Source: an uncultured Chloroflexia bacterium (GTDB taxonomy: Bacteria; Chloroflexota; Limnocylindria; Limnocylindrales; CSP1-4). Taken from it: DNA of 64,000 bases. Below the pieces are notes generated by a model. It was not told the DNA's origin, ran no database searches, and worked only from the letters and a program-made list of their open reading frames with translations. This document shows positions 46,291 to 55,558 of this stretch, piece by piece (the stretch's first letter is position 1; every line of letters starts with the position of its first letter). The position numbers were made by a program, and so were the translations under genes. Where the stretch lies: contig CAWHXM010000002.1 of the NCBI GenBank assembly GCA_963833285.1, forward strand, positions 93,446 to 157,445, in the 5' to 3' direction.

Positions 46291-46515
46291 ATGTTCCATC
46301 CGAACCAGATCCGAACCGGTGAGGCACTCGCTCTCGTCGTGCCCCGCCGAACCGGCGCCTGCCTCGTTGCTGGCTGCCCGTGCAAGGATGCGCGGATCGT
46401 CTCGATCCGACGAGCGTCCTTCTTCGCGACGGTCGCTCGGCGGAGCGGTGAGACCGCCGACCGCGCCATCGCGCCCGAAGCCACGTGGCGACTTCCCGTC
46501 GCCGAAGGAGTCTGA
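46291..46515 (+). CDS. Possible small ORF (74 aa, Cys-containing), hypothetical
   Basis: The ATG is preceded by GGGAAGGAG (46273-46281) with a 9-nt spacer, and the stop lies 4 nt before the next gene's ATG. However, GC3 is only ~76% (my count) against >90% impression for neighbouring genes, and I recognise no family. Confidence 0.3.
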   Translation: MFHPNQIRTGEALALVVPRRTGACLVAGCPCKDARIVSIRRASFFATVARRSGETADRAIAPEATWRLPVAEGV

Positions 46516-46519
46516 TCCC

Positions 46520-46984
46520 ATGACCATCCATCCGTCCCGGATCGTCGCCAGTGTGCTCCTCGTCGCCGGCGGGTTCGTCGTCGCCGTCGCCGCGCTCGGC
46601 ATCGTCCTGGCGCACATCCTCGTCGAGGCCGGGCTGACCGTCCGCGCGACCGATGCCGCGCTGCTCGACGACATCGTGGCGCTCCTGCCGTTCGTCGTCG
46701 CCTTCGCCGTGGCGAACCTCGTCGCCGCCCTCGGCCTGCTGGCCGGCCGGACGTGGGCCGACACGCTGGCCGTCGGCTCGGCGGTCGTCGCGGTCACGTT
46801 CGGCGCGCTCGGCCTCCTGCTCATCGTGGTCGGACGCGATCCATTCGCGCCGGTCGGCTCGGCCGGTTCGGGCGCCGACGGGATCGGCATCCTGGCCGGG
46901 TTCACGATCTACTACCTCGCCATCATCGTCGCCCTGTCCGCGGCCAGCGCGCCGCGGCACATCACCACGGGAGCCGCCGCATGA
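46520..46984 (+). CDS. Hypothetical 4-TM membrane protein (paralog A)
   Basis: ATG 46520 with GAAGGAG upstream. LLPFVVAFAVANLVAALGLLAGRTWADTL...GRDPFAP is shared with the downstream paralog. Confidence 0.7.
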   Translation: MTIHPSRIVASVLLVAGGFVVAVAALGIVLAHILVEAGLTVRATDAALLDDIVALLPFVVAFAVANLVAALGLLAGRTWADTLAVGSAVVAVTFGALGLLLIVVGRDPFAPVGSAGSGADGIGILAGFTIYYLAIIVALSAASAPRHITTGAAA

Positions 46985-47478
46985 GCTCGACCACGAGCCT
47001 TCCCCGCTACGCCCATCGCCGGGGCACCCGCGGCTTCGCGGCGTTCGTCGTGACCCTCGCCGGGCTCGTCGTCCTTGGCGTCGGCGCGGTCGTCCTGCCG
47101 AACACGACGATCGACTCGCTCGCCCTGTCGTGGCTCGTGCCCCTGACCGTCGCCTTCGGCCTCGCGCACTTCGTCGCCGCCTACGGGCTCATCCGCCGCC
47201 GGGCGTGGAGCGCGGCGCTGACGGGCTACCTGGCTGCGATCGGCCTTGGCGTCGCGGTCTACGGGTTGATGCTGACCCTGACCGGCGCGGATCCATTCAC
47301 CGCCACGAGCTCGCTGCCGTCGGACCGGGCATGGGCCGAAGGGCTCGGCCTCCTCATCTGGATGATCGGCCTGTGGGTCGTGGCCGCACGGTTCGCCTGG
47401 AAGGCCATCCGACCGGTCGGCTCGAACGAGCTCGCGACGACCGGCACGTCCCGGTCCGGAGCGGCAGCCGCAGGCTGA
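46981..47478 (+). CDS. Hypothetical 4-TM membrane protein (paralog B)
   Basis: The ATG overlaps the upstream stop (ATGA). LVPLTVAFGLAHFVAAYGLIRRRAWSAAL...GADPFTA parallels paralog A. Confidence 0.7.
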   Translation: MSSTTSLPRYAHRRGTRGFAAFVVTLAGLVVLGVGAVVLPNTTIDSLALSWLVPLTVAFGLAHFVAAYGLIRRRAWSAALTGYLAAIGLGVAVYGLMLTLTGADPFTATSSLPSDRAWAEGLGLLIWMIGLWVVAARFAWKAIRPVGSNELATTGTSRSGAAAAG

Positions 47479-47497
47479 TCGCGACTATCCTCGGTCT

Positions 47498-47881
47498 GTG
47501 GCCACGGACCTCCAGACCCTGTACGACCGAGCCGGCGGGACGCCCTTCTTCGAGGCGCTCGTCGGTCGGTTCTATGACGGGGTGGCGGACGACGCGATCC
47601 TTCGGCCGATCTACCCGGAGGCGGATCTGGCCGAGGCGCGACACCGCCTGACGCTCTTCCTCATCCAGTACTGGGGCGGGCCGACGACGTACGACCAGGA
47701 GCGGGGACACCCGCGGCTTCGGATGCGCCATGCACCGTTCGCCATCGGCCCGGCCGAGCGCGACCGATGGCTCGTCCACATGCGCGCCGCGATCGCCGAG
47801 GTCGCACCGCCGGCGGATGTCACCGCCGAGCTCGAGCGCTATTTCGCAGCGGCCGCCGAGGCGATGCGCAACCGGGGCTAA
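47498..47881 (+). CDS. glbO: Group II truncated hemoglobin
   Basis: 127 aa. LYDRAGGTPFFEALVGRFYDGVADDAILRPIYPE...LFLIQYWGGPTTY...HPRLRMRHAPF are GlbO hallmarks. Confidence 0.9.
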   Translation: MATDLQTLYDRAGGTPFFEALVGRFYDGVADDAILRPIYPEADLAEARHRLTLFLIQYWGGPTTYDQERGHPRLRMRHAPFAIGPAERDRWLVHMRAAIAEVAPPADVTAELERYFAAAAEAMRNRG

Positions 47882-47957
47882 CATCCTCGGCAAGCTCGGG
47901 CGTCGATCCGCGCAGAGGCAGCGGGCATCGCCGTGCGCCTGGCCTGGTCGCCGAACG

Positions 47958-47984
47958 CTGGCCCCGGCGTGGGGCGGGGGCCAG
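47958..47984 (+). terminator. GC-rich hairpin downstream of glbO (possible intrinsic terminator, no T-tract)
   Basis: CTGGCCCC-(11 nt)-GGGGCCAG, an 8-bp perfect stem 77 nt after the glbO stop. It has no U-run, so the call is weak. Confidence 0.3.
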
Positions 47985-48016
47985 GGCCGGTTAGACTGTC
48001 CGGAATCGCACGGCGA

Positions 48017-49834
48017 GTGGAGGGCGGATTGGCGGAAGCGACCGAGGCGACGGACGGAGAAGCGAAAGACCCAGCCGCGGCCGAGCCAGCCGTCACGGTG
48101 CCCGCCGAGGCCGCGGACCGCGGCAAGACCATCCACGGTGAGGCCGCCAACGCCGGCCACCGCGTGCTGGCACCCGACGACGCCGAGGTCGAGGCCTACC
48201 TCGAGGCCGCACTAAACGCCCCGGCCCCCGAGCGGTCGCCCGAAGACCGCCCCGCCAGCGCCGCCGCGGTGGACCGCGAGACGGTCGTCGTCCTCGACTT
48301 CGGGAGCCAGTTCGCCCAGCTGATCGCCCGCCGGGTGCGCGAGCTCGACGTCTACTCCGAGCTGCTCCCACACGACACCCCGTACGAGGAGCTGGAGCGT
48401 CGCGGCGCCCGTGCCATCATCCTCTCGGGCAGCCCGAACTCCGTGTACGACGCCGGCGCGCCGCGGCCGGATCCGGCCATCTGGTCGGGACGGATCCCCG
48501 TCCTCGGCATCTGCTACGGCGCCCAGTTGATGGCTCACGAGCTCGGCGGCGACGTCATCCCGTTCGATCACCGCGAGTACGGCCCGGCCAACGTCAGCAT
48601 CACCGCCGACGACCCGCTGTTCGCGGGCATCGAGCGCGAGCAACCGGTCTGGATGAGCCACGGGGACTCGATCTCACGCCTGCCCGAGGGCTTCCACGCC
48701 ACGGCCCAGACCGACTCCACGCCGTATGCGGGCCTGGTCGACGCCTCGCGCAACCTGTACGGCATCCAGTTCCATCCGGAGGTCGTCCACACACCGCGCG
48801 GTCGCGACGTGCTGCGCAACTTCGTGGTCGGCATCGCCGACGTGTCGCCGACGTGGACGGCCGGCAACTTCATCGAGACGACCGTCGCCGCCATCCGCGA
48901 GCGCGTCGACGGTCACGCCCGGGCGACCGGCTCGGACGGCCTCGTCATCTGCGCGCTGTCGGGCGGCGTCGACTCGGCCGTCGCGGCGGCGCTCGTCCAT
49001 CGCGCGGTCGGCGACCGGCTGACCTGCATCTATGTCGACCACGGGCTCATGCGCAAGAAGGAATCAGAGCTGCTCCGGGTCACCTTCGAGCGCGACCTCG
49101 GGATGAACCTGGTCATGGTCGACGCCCGCGAACGCTTCCTCGCGCGGCTGGCCGGTGTCGAGGACCCGGAGCGAAAGCGGATCATCATCGGCGACGAGTT
49201 CATCCGTGTGTTCGAGGAGGAGGCGACCACGCTCGGACGCATCGACTTCCTGACGCAGGGCACGCTCTACCCGGACGTCATCGAATCTGCGACGTCCGAA
49301 ACCAAGGCCGCGCAGAAGATCAAGACCCACCACAACGTGGGCGGGCTGCCGGCGGACCTGCGCTTCCAGCTCATCGAGCCACTGCGCTATCTGTTCAAGG
49401 ACGAGGTTCGCAAGGTCGGCCTCGAGCTGGGGCTGCCGGAGTCGATGGTCCTGCGCCAGCCGTTCCCCGGGCCGGGCCTCGCCATCCGGATCATCGGCGA
49501 GGTCACGGCCGAGCGGCTGGACACGCTGCGCGAGGCCGACTGGATCGTCATCGACGAGATCAAGGCGGCGAACCTGTATCGCAGCCTGTGGCAGTCGTTC
49601 GCGATCCTCACGCCCGTCCGCTCGGTCGGCGTCATGGGCGACGGCCGGACGTACGCGAACGTCGTGGCGATCCGGGCGGTGACCAGCGAGGACGGCATGA
49701 CCGCGGACTGGGCGAAGCTGCCGTACGATGTCCTTGGCAAGATCAGCAGCCGGATCGTCAACGAGGTCCCCGGTGTCAATCGGGTGGTCTACGACATCAG
49801 CTCCAAGCCACCGGCGACGATCGAATGGGAATGA
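48017..49834 (+). CDS. guaA: GMP synthase (glutamine-hydrolysing)
   Basis: GATase domain with [19 protein letters not shown] and the catalytic ICYGAQ; ATP-PPase domain with LSGGVDS; C-terminal PPATIEWE. The start is uncertain. The conserved core begins at GTG 48269, but the upstream in-frame 84 codons (from GTG 48017 or TTG 48029) keep high GC3, so an acidic N-terminal extension is possible. Confidence 0.9.
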   Translation: MEGGLAEATEATDGEAKDPAAAEPAVTVPAEAADRGKTIHGEAANAGHRVLAPDDAEVEAYLEAALNAPAPERSPEDRPASAAAVDRETVVVLDFGSQFAQLIARRVRELDVYSELLPHDTPYEELERRGARAIILSGSPNSVYDAGAPRPDPAIWSGRIPVLGICYGAQLMAHELGGDVIPFDHREYGPANVSITADDPLFAGIEREQPVWMSHGDSISRLPEGFHATAQTDSTPYAGLVDASRNLYGIQFHPEVVHTPRGRDVLRNFVVGIADVSPTWTAGNFIETTVAAIRERVDGHARATGSDGLVICALSGGVDSAVAAALVHRAVGDRLTCIYVDHGLMRKKESELLRVTFERDLGMNLVMVDARERFLARLAGVEDPERKRIIIGDEFIRVFEEEATTLGRIDFLTQGTLYPDVIESATSETKAAQKIKTHHNVGGLPADLRFQLIEPLRYLFKDEVRKVGLELGLPESMVLRQPFPGPGLAIRIIGEVTAERLDTLREADWIVIDEIKAANLYRSLWQSFAILTPVRSVGVMGDGRTYANVVAIRAVTSEDGMTADWAKLPYDVLGKISSRIVNEVPGVNRVVYDISSKPPATIEWE

Positions 49835-49913
49835 GCCCGATCTGACGGTCACCCGGCGCACCCATGACGGATGGGCCATCGAAGCCCTCGCTCGACGCGC
49901 TAGGATTTGGTTG

Positions 49914-50576
49914 ATGGCCGACCCAACGCCCCCGACGGATCGCCCCGCAGAGTCCGTGTGTCCCTGGTGTTCCACCGCCGTGACACCTGACACGGTGACC
50001 TGTCCGTCGTGTCATGCGGTCCTCATCTCCGACGAGGAGCCATCGAACCTCCCCGGCGTGACCGCGATCGACGACAAGGTCCTGCGCGGCGAGAAGCCGC
50101 CGCCGCCGCGCAACCGGTTGCTGTCATGGATCAGCGGGGAGTATCCGGATCAGACGGCGACGCCGGCCGATGCCCAGGCGATCGCGCCGCCGGACCCGGA
50201 GGTCCAGCGCGAGATCCGCCGGCTCGAGTACGAGGCGGAGGTCGCGAGTCTCCAGGCCGAGGCGGATGCGCTGCAGTTCGAAGCCGTCGTCGAGGGCCGC
50301 GTGCTGGAGGTGCCGGAGGGCATCCAGCCGCTCGAGCTCGATCCGGCCGCCGCGCGAGCGATCGACGACGGCGGGGCCGACGATGCGGCGGCGACAGCGA
50401 CCGACCCCGCGGAGCCCGCGACCGACGCCGCTGCCGCGACCGACGCCGCTGCCGCGACCGACGCCGCTGCCGCGACCGACGCTGCTGCCGCAACCGACAC
50501 TGCCGAGTCGACCGCGGACGTCTCGGCGCCCGAAGCTGCCCCCGAGACCGCGGTCGAGGACCAGCCGACCGCCTGA
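49914..50576 (+). CDS. Zinc-ribbon protein with coiled-coil and acidic ATDAAA repeat tail
   Basis: ATG 49914. Contains the CPWCSTAVTPDTVTCPSCHAVL zinc ribbon, the EVQREIRRLEYEAEVASLQAEADALQFEA coiled coil, and a tandem (ATDAAA)n tail. Confidence 0.7.
   Translation: MADPTPPTDRPAESVCPWCSTAVTPDTVTCPSCHAVLISDEEPSNLPGVTAIDDKVLRGEKPPPPRNRLLSWISGEYPDQTATPADAQAIAPPDPEVQREIRRLEYEAEVASLQAEADALQFEAVVEGRVLEVPEGIQPLELDPAAARAIDDGGADDAAATATDPAEPATDAAAATDAAAATDAAAATDAAAATDTAESTADVSAPEAAPETAVEDQPTA
50418..50507 (+). repeat. 18-bp tandem repeat, ~5 copies (gcgaccgacgccgctgcc)
   Basis: Copies 1-3 are identical, copy 4 has 1 mismatch and copy 5 is degenerate. The repeat is in frame and encodes ATDAAA units. 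Confidence 0.9.
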
Positions 50577-50638
50577 CGGCTGCCTCCTGCCCGACCGCTC
50601 TCGGGCGTGCCCGCGGTCCGGGCACTATCCTGCGCTGA

Positions 50639-51097
50639 GTGCCCGATCGACTCCCCCGGCCCGGTCCGTCGTACCTTCGCGAGCGCGCCGTGCGCGTCGG
50701 CGACCAGACCTACCTGGCCGGCATGTCACGCCCGTCCGATGCACCCGACGGCTGGTGGCTGGCCGTCCTGTGGGTCGCCGACGAAGACGGGGTGGTGAGC
50801 TTCCGGGATGTCGCGCCGGACGCCGGGCCGCCACCCGACCCGCCGCTCGGGCGGCTCGGCCCCGCCATCAGCGGGGCGCTCTCGGGCCTCATCCTCGAGG
50901 ACGGCGGCCACCTGCAGATGCGCCTCGGCCTGGTCGCGCCGCCGGACGATCCGGACCGACCGTGGCGGGTCCCGCTGGCGATCCGCGTCGCGTTCCGGTT
51001 CGAGCCCGCGCGAGTGGCGACGATGAGCCCGAACGAGCTCGCCGGGACCGTGCTCGACGGCCTCGTCCGGGCCGTCGAAGGGCAGCACAAGCCCTGA
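50639..51097 (+). CDS. Hypothetical protein
   Basis: 152-aa track ORF with a GTG start (alternative Met at residue 29). High GC3. No family recognised. Confidence 0.5.
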   Translation: MPDRLPRPGPSYLRERAVRVGDQTYLAGMSRPSDAPDGWWLAVLWVADEDGVVSFRDVAPDAGPPPDPPLGRLGPAISGALSGLILEDGGHLQMRLGLVAPPDDPDRPWRVPLAIRVAFRFEPARVATMSPNELAGTVLDGLVRAVEGQHKP

Positions 51098-51127
51098 TCG
51101 AAGCGGACAGGTAGACTCCGCGGACCG

Positions 51128-54100
51128 ATGCGCGATCTGTTCGACGACTTCATGGATGAGCTCCGCAAGCGCGAGGCGGCCGCGCGCGGTGAGGATCCGG
51201 ATCCGGCGGGGCGCCGCGGATCCGACCCGCAGGGCGGCGACGACGGCGACGGAGACAGGGATCCCGCCGACGACGAGTCGGACGACGCGCGCCCCGACGC
51301 GGCCGACGAAGCGGGAAGCGACGGCCCCGACGCGGCCGACGACGCGGACGACGACCGACCCCGACCGATCAGCGAGGTCCGCCGCCGACGCGGACGGCGG
51401 GGCCGTCGGGGTCCCGGTGGGCCAGATGACGGGGCAGGCAATCGCGCCGCGCGCGCCGGCCGTCGCCTCGGGATCGCCCTGCTCATCGTCGTCCTGCTCG
51501 GCATCTTCCTGCTCTTCAGCGTCGGTCTCGACCTGTGGACCGATGCGTTGTGGTACATCAGCGTCGGCTTCGACGCGGTCTTCTGGACGCGGTTGGGCGC
51601 GACCGTCGGCCTCGGCGTCGGGGCCTTCGCCATCGCCCTCATCGTGCTCCTCGGGAACCTCTGGCTGGCGGGTCGCCTGGCGCCCCCGCCGACGGCCGAG
51701 GGTGGCTCGTTCCGATCGCTCTTCGATCGGATCAACGAAGCCGCCCAGGCCGCCGACGCCCGGCGCGACCGGACACGATCGCCGTTCGGCGGGGGACGGG
51801 ATCCGTTCGGCAATGGCCGCACGACCTCGCCGCCGATCGTCTTCGAGGCGACGGACCTGCCAGATCTCCGGCCGCTCGCCGGCTGGATCCTCGGCGGGCT
51901 GGCGCTCTTCTTCGCGCTGATCATCGGCGCCTCGGTGTCCGGCGCCTGGGAGACCGTCCTGCTCTGGATCCACCGCGTCCCGTTCTCGCCCACGGCGTCG
52001 GTCACCGACCCGATCTTCCACCGCGACATCAGCTTCTTCCTGTTCGAGCTGCCGTTCCTGCGCCTCGTCCAGGGCGTGTTCAACGGGATCTTGATCGCCG
52101 CCCTGCTCCTGTCGCTGACGCGCTACATCGTCAGCGCGTCGAGCGGCGGCCTTGTCTTCTCGACGCCGGTCCGGATCCACCTCGCGGTCCTCGGCGGACT
52201 GTTCCTGCTGTCGGTGGCGTTCGGCTATCAGCTCGACAAGCTCGACCTTTCGTACAGCACCCGCGGCGTGGCGGCGGGCGTGAGCTACACCGACCAGAAC
52301 GCCCAGTTCCTCGCCTTCGACGTGCTGACGGTGGTCTCCGGGATCGCGGCGGCGCTGCTCGTCGGGGCGGCGTTCACCCGGATGTTGTGGCCGCTCGGGC
52401 TGACCATCGCGGTCTGGTTCGTCGCGTCGCTCGTCATCGGTCGGCTGTACCCGGAGGCGATCCAGCGCTTCACGGTCACCCCGAACCAGTACGCGCAGGA
52501 AGAGCAGTACATCGGCAACAACATCGCGATGACGCAGCTGGCGTTCAACGTCGGCAACTGGAATGACGACGTGCCATTCACCGGCACGGCCGTCCTGACC
52601 GCGGATCAGGTGGCCCGGGAATCACCGACCTTCGCCAGCGCCCGGCTGTGGGATCCCCGTCCCCTCCAGACCACCCTCGACCAGCTCCAGACGGTGCGCA
52701 AGTACTACGACTTCACGGACGTCGACACCGACCGTTACCAGATCGGCGGGATCCAGCGCCAGGTCATGCTGTCGGCCCGCGAGCTCGCCCTCGAACAGAA
52801 CCCGAGTGCGACCGGCTGGGTGAACCAGCGGATCGTCTACACGCACGGCATCGGCGTCGCGATGGTCCCGGTCAACGAGGCCGGGAGCCAGGGTCAGCCG
52901 AATTTGTTCATCGGGAACCTTCCGCCGGTCTCGACCGCCGGGGCACCGGCGATCACCCAGCCGCGCATCTACTTCGGGGAGCGCAAGTCGTCATACGTGG
53001 TCACCGGGGCCCAGGAGGACGAGTTCGACTATCCGACCGGCGAGACCGACAGCGGGGGATCGGTCGGCGCCCAGACACGCTGGACCGGGACGACCGGGGT
53101 CAAGCTCGACACCACCCTGATGCGCCTCCTGTTCGCGGCCCGGTTCCGGGACCTCGACCTGCTCATCAGCAACCAGGTCACGGCCCAGAGCCAGCTGCTG
53201 TTCCATCGCTACCTGAGCGACCGGCTGACCCTGGTTGCGCCGTTCCTGCGCTACGACAAGGACCCCTACACAGTCATCGATGACTCGGGGAACCTCGTCT
53301 ACATCCAGGACGCGTTCACGACGTCCGACCGCTTCCCGGACGCCCAGCCGTTCGATCCGGGCTCGCTCGAGTCCACCAACCTCGGCAGCGACGCGTTCAA
53401 CTACATCCGCAACAGCGTCAAGATCACCGTCAACGCGTACGACGGCACGATGCATTTCTACATCGCCGACCCGAACGATCCGATCATCCGGGCCTACCAG
53501 GGCATCTTCCCGACGATGTTCGAGCCGCTGAGCGCGATGCCGTCCGACCTGCGGGCGCACCTCCGGGTCCCCGAGGAGCTGTTCAACGTCCAGACCCAGG
53601 TCTTCGGCCGCTACCACGTGACCGACACCCTGCAGTTCTTCCGCAAGGACGACCTGTGGACGGTGCCGACCGGGACCTCGAGCGAGCAGACACTGCCGTC
53701 CCAGGCGTACTACGTCGAGATGCACCTGCCGGGCGAGACCGGCGTCGAGTTCCTGCTCCTCCAGCCCATGGTCCCGACCAGCCGGCCGAACATGATCGCC
53801 TGGGTCGCCGCGCGCAACGACGGCGCGAACTACGGGTCCACCCTGGTCTACCGATTCCCCGCCGACACGACGATCTTCGGACCGGTCCAGATCGAGGCAC
53901 GGATCGACCAGGATCCGATCATCAGCGCCCAGGTCTCGCTCTGGAACCAGTCGGGCAGCAAGGTCATCCGTGGCAACCTCATCGTCCTGCCGCTCGACGA
54001 CGCCCTCATCTATCTCCAGCCCGTCTATCTCCAGTCGACCGGCTCGGCCTTCCCGGCGTTCACCAGGATCGTCGTGGCCTCGCCGCGCCAGGTGGTGTGG

Positions 54101-54473
54101 GCATCCACGCTCGGCGATGCGCTCAAGCTGCTGCTCGCCGCCGAGGCGTCGGGCCAGTCCGCCGGGCCCATCGCCGCTCCCGACACCCGGCCCGTCCCCG
54201 GGTCCGTCATCGTCGCCCGGCCCGCCGTCGACCCCGGGACCGGTCGTCAGCCCGCGACCCACGCCCGGTGTCGAGCTGCCCGCTGACGTCGCCGGCCTCA
54301 TCGCCTACGCGAACAACCACTTCGAGCTTGCCCAGGCCGCGCTCCGTGACGGCGACTTCGCCACGTACGGCGCGGAGATGGCCCTGGTCCAGGCTGCCTT
54401 GCAGCGACTCGAGGTCCTCGCGCCGGGCCTGGCGGCGCCGGGCGCGGGGGCATCGGCCAGCCCGGCCCCGTGA
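51128..54473 (+). pseudogene. UPF0182-family large multi-pass membrane protein, C-terminus displaced by a 1-nt insertion (possibly an assembly artefact)
   Basis: The track ORF 51128..54286 has the UPF0182 layout: an N-terminal TM bundle (WTDALWYISVGFDAVFWTRL) and a large soluble domain. Its tail turns to junk, while the +1 frame (track ORF ending at 54473) encodes a PT-rich linker plus LPADVAGLIAYANNHFELAQAALRDGDFATYGAEMALVQAALQRLE, the family-typical C-terminal helix pair. The switch lies within 54140-54175. Confidence 0.85.
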
Positions 54474-55516
54474 GCCGGGGGGCGGCGCTGACCGGGGCGC
54501 TGCTCGCAACCCTCGCCACGCCAGCCACCTGGCCGCTGGCGTTCGCCGCCTTCCTGCTCCGCGGCGGCATCCTGCTCGTGACCATCCCCATCGTGGTCCT
54601 GCCGACACCGGTCGGGCTCGGCAACGTGCTCGCGCCATGGATCACACCGCTCGCGCTCGGCTCCATCACACCGGCCTTCGTGGCCGTCTCGGCCGGCACG
54701 ATCGTCATCGTCCTCGGCTGGCTGGTCATCGGCGGCTGGACGGCCGCCGCCCTCGAGGCTGAGGGTGCCCGGATCGTCGCCCGCCACGAAGCGATCGCCC
54801 TGTCCGGGGCTCACGCCGTAGGCATGGCCCCGGCGGCGGGCGTGGCGCCGGCCGCGGCCCCCGACCCGGAGGGCGAGGGCGGCGTCCGCCCGGCTCGCAT
54901 CGCCGCCCGGATCGTGGCCGTGCGGTTCATCGCCTACCTGCCGCTGGCATTGGCGCTCGCCTGGGCGTCGGTGCGCTTCGTATGGACGGCCTACCTCGAG
55001 CTGACGAACCCGTCGGACGCCTCGATCTCGATCATGTTCCGGGTCATCCGATCGTCGCCCGATGTGCTGGCCATCCTCGTCATCGCCTGGACGGTCGGGG
55101 AGATGATCGGGGCGGTCGCCGCTCGCCGGATCGCGCTCGAGGGCGACGGCATCATCGCCGGGCTGCGGGTCGCGGTCCGGACCTGTGTCCGTCGTCCGCT
55201 CGTGTCGGTCGTCCGGTTCTGGCTGCCGACCCTCGTCCTGGTCGCAGTCATTGTGCCGTCCGCGCTCGCGGCGGCCTCCTCCTGGGTCGCCGTCGGAACG
55301 GTCCTCCGGGACGGGTCGGACGCGCTCCAGGTCCTCGTCGCGGTCCTCGGTTTCGTCACCATCTGGATCGTCGGCCTGGTCCTCGGCGCGATCGTCTGCG
55401 CCTGGCGGGCGGCTGTCTGGACGGTCGCGGACCTGCTCGAGCGGAGGACGTTCGGGGGGTCCTCGGACCGCCGACCGGGTGACTGGCGTGCCGATCCCTC
55501 GTCTGCCAACGTGTAG
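54470..55516 (+). CDS. Hypothetical polytopic membrane protein
   Basis: 348 aa. The GTG overlaps the restored UPF0182 stop (GTGA), which itself supports the frameshift interpretation. About 7 hydrophobic segments. Confidence 0.7.
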   Translation: MSRGAALTGALLATLATPATWPLAFAAFLLRGGILLVTIPIVVLPTPVGLGNVLAPWITPLALGSITPAFVAVSAGTIVIVLGWLVIGGWTAAALEAEGARIVARHEAIALSGAHAVGMAPAAGVAPAAAPDPEGEGGVRPARIAARIVAVRFIAYLPLALALAWASVRFVWTAYLELTNPSDASISIMFRVIRSSPDVLAILVIAWTVGEMIGAVAARRIALEGDGIIAGLRVAVRTCVRRPLVSVVRFWLPTLVLVAVIVPSALAAASSWVAVGTVLRDGSDALQVLVAVLGFVTIWIVGLVLGAIVCAWRAAVWTVADLLERRTFGGSSDRRPGDWRADPSSANV

Positions 55517-55558
55517 GCCGAGCGGGCCCAGGCCCGGTCTCGAGGGCGAGGTGCGGGC

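Noticed and set aside
46300-46353. Three CCGAACC repeats reminiscent of the ydaO (c-di-AMP) riboswitch CCGAACCC segment
   Set aside because: The other ydaO hallmarks (the GGGGA...CCCA pairs and the AGCUAAC segment) are absent. I report the region only as an unexplained leader.
50418-50507. Tandem repeats as a possible CRISPR array
   Set aside because: The repeats are contiguous 18-bp units with no spacers, in frame within a CDS.
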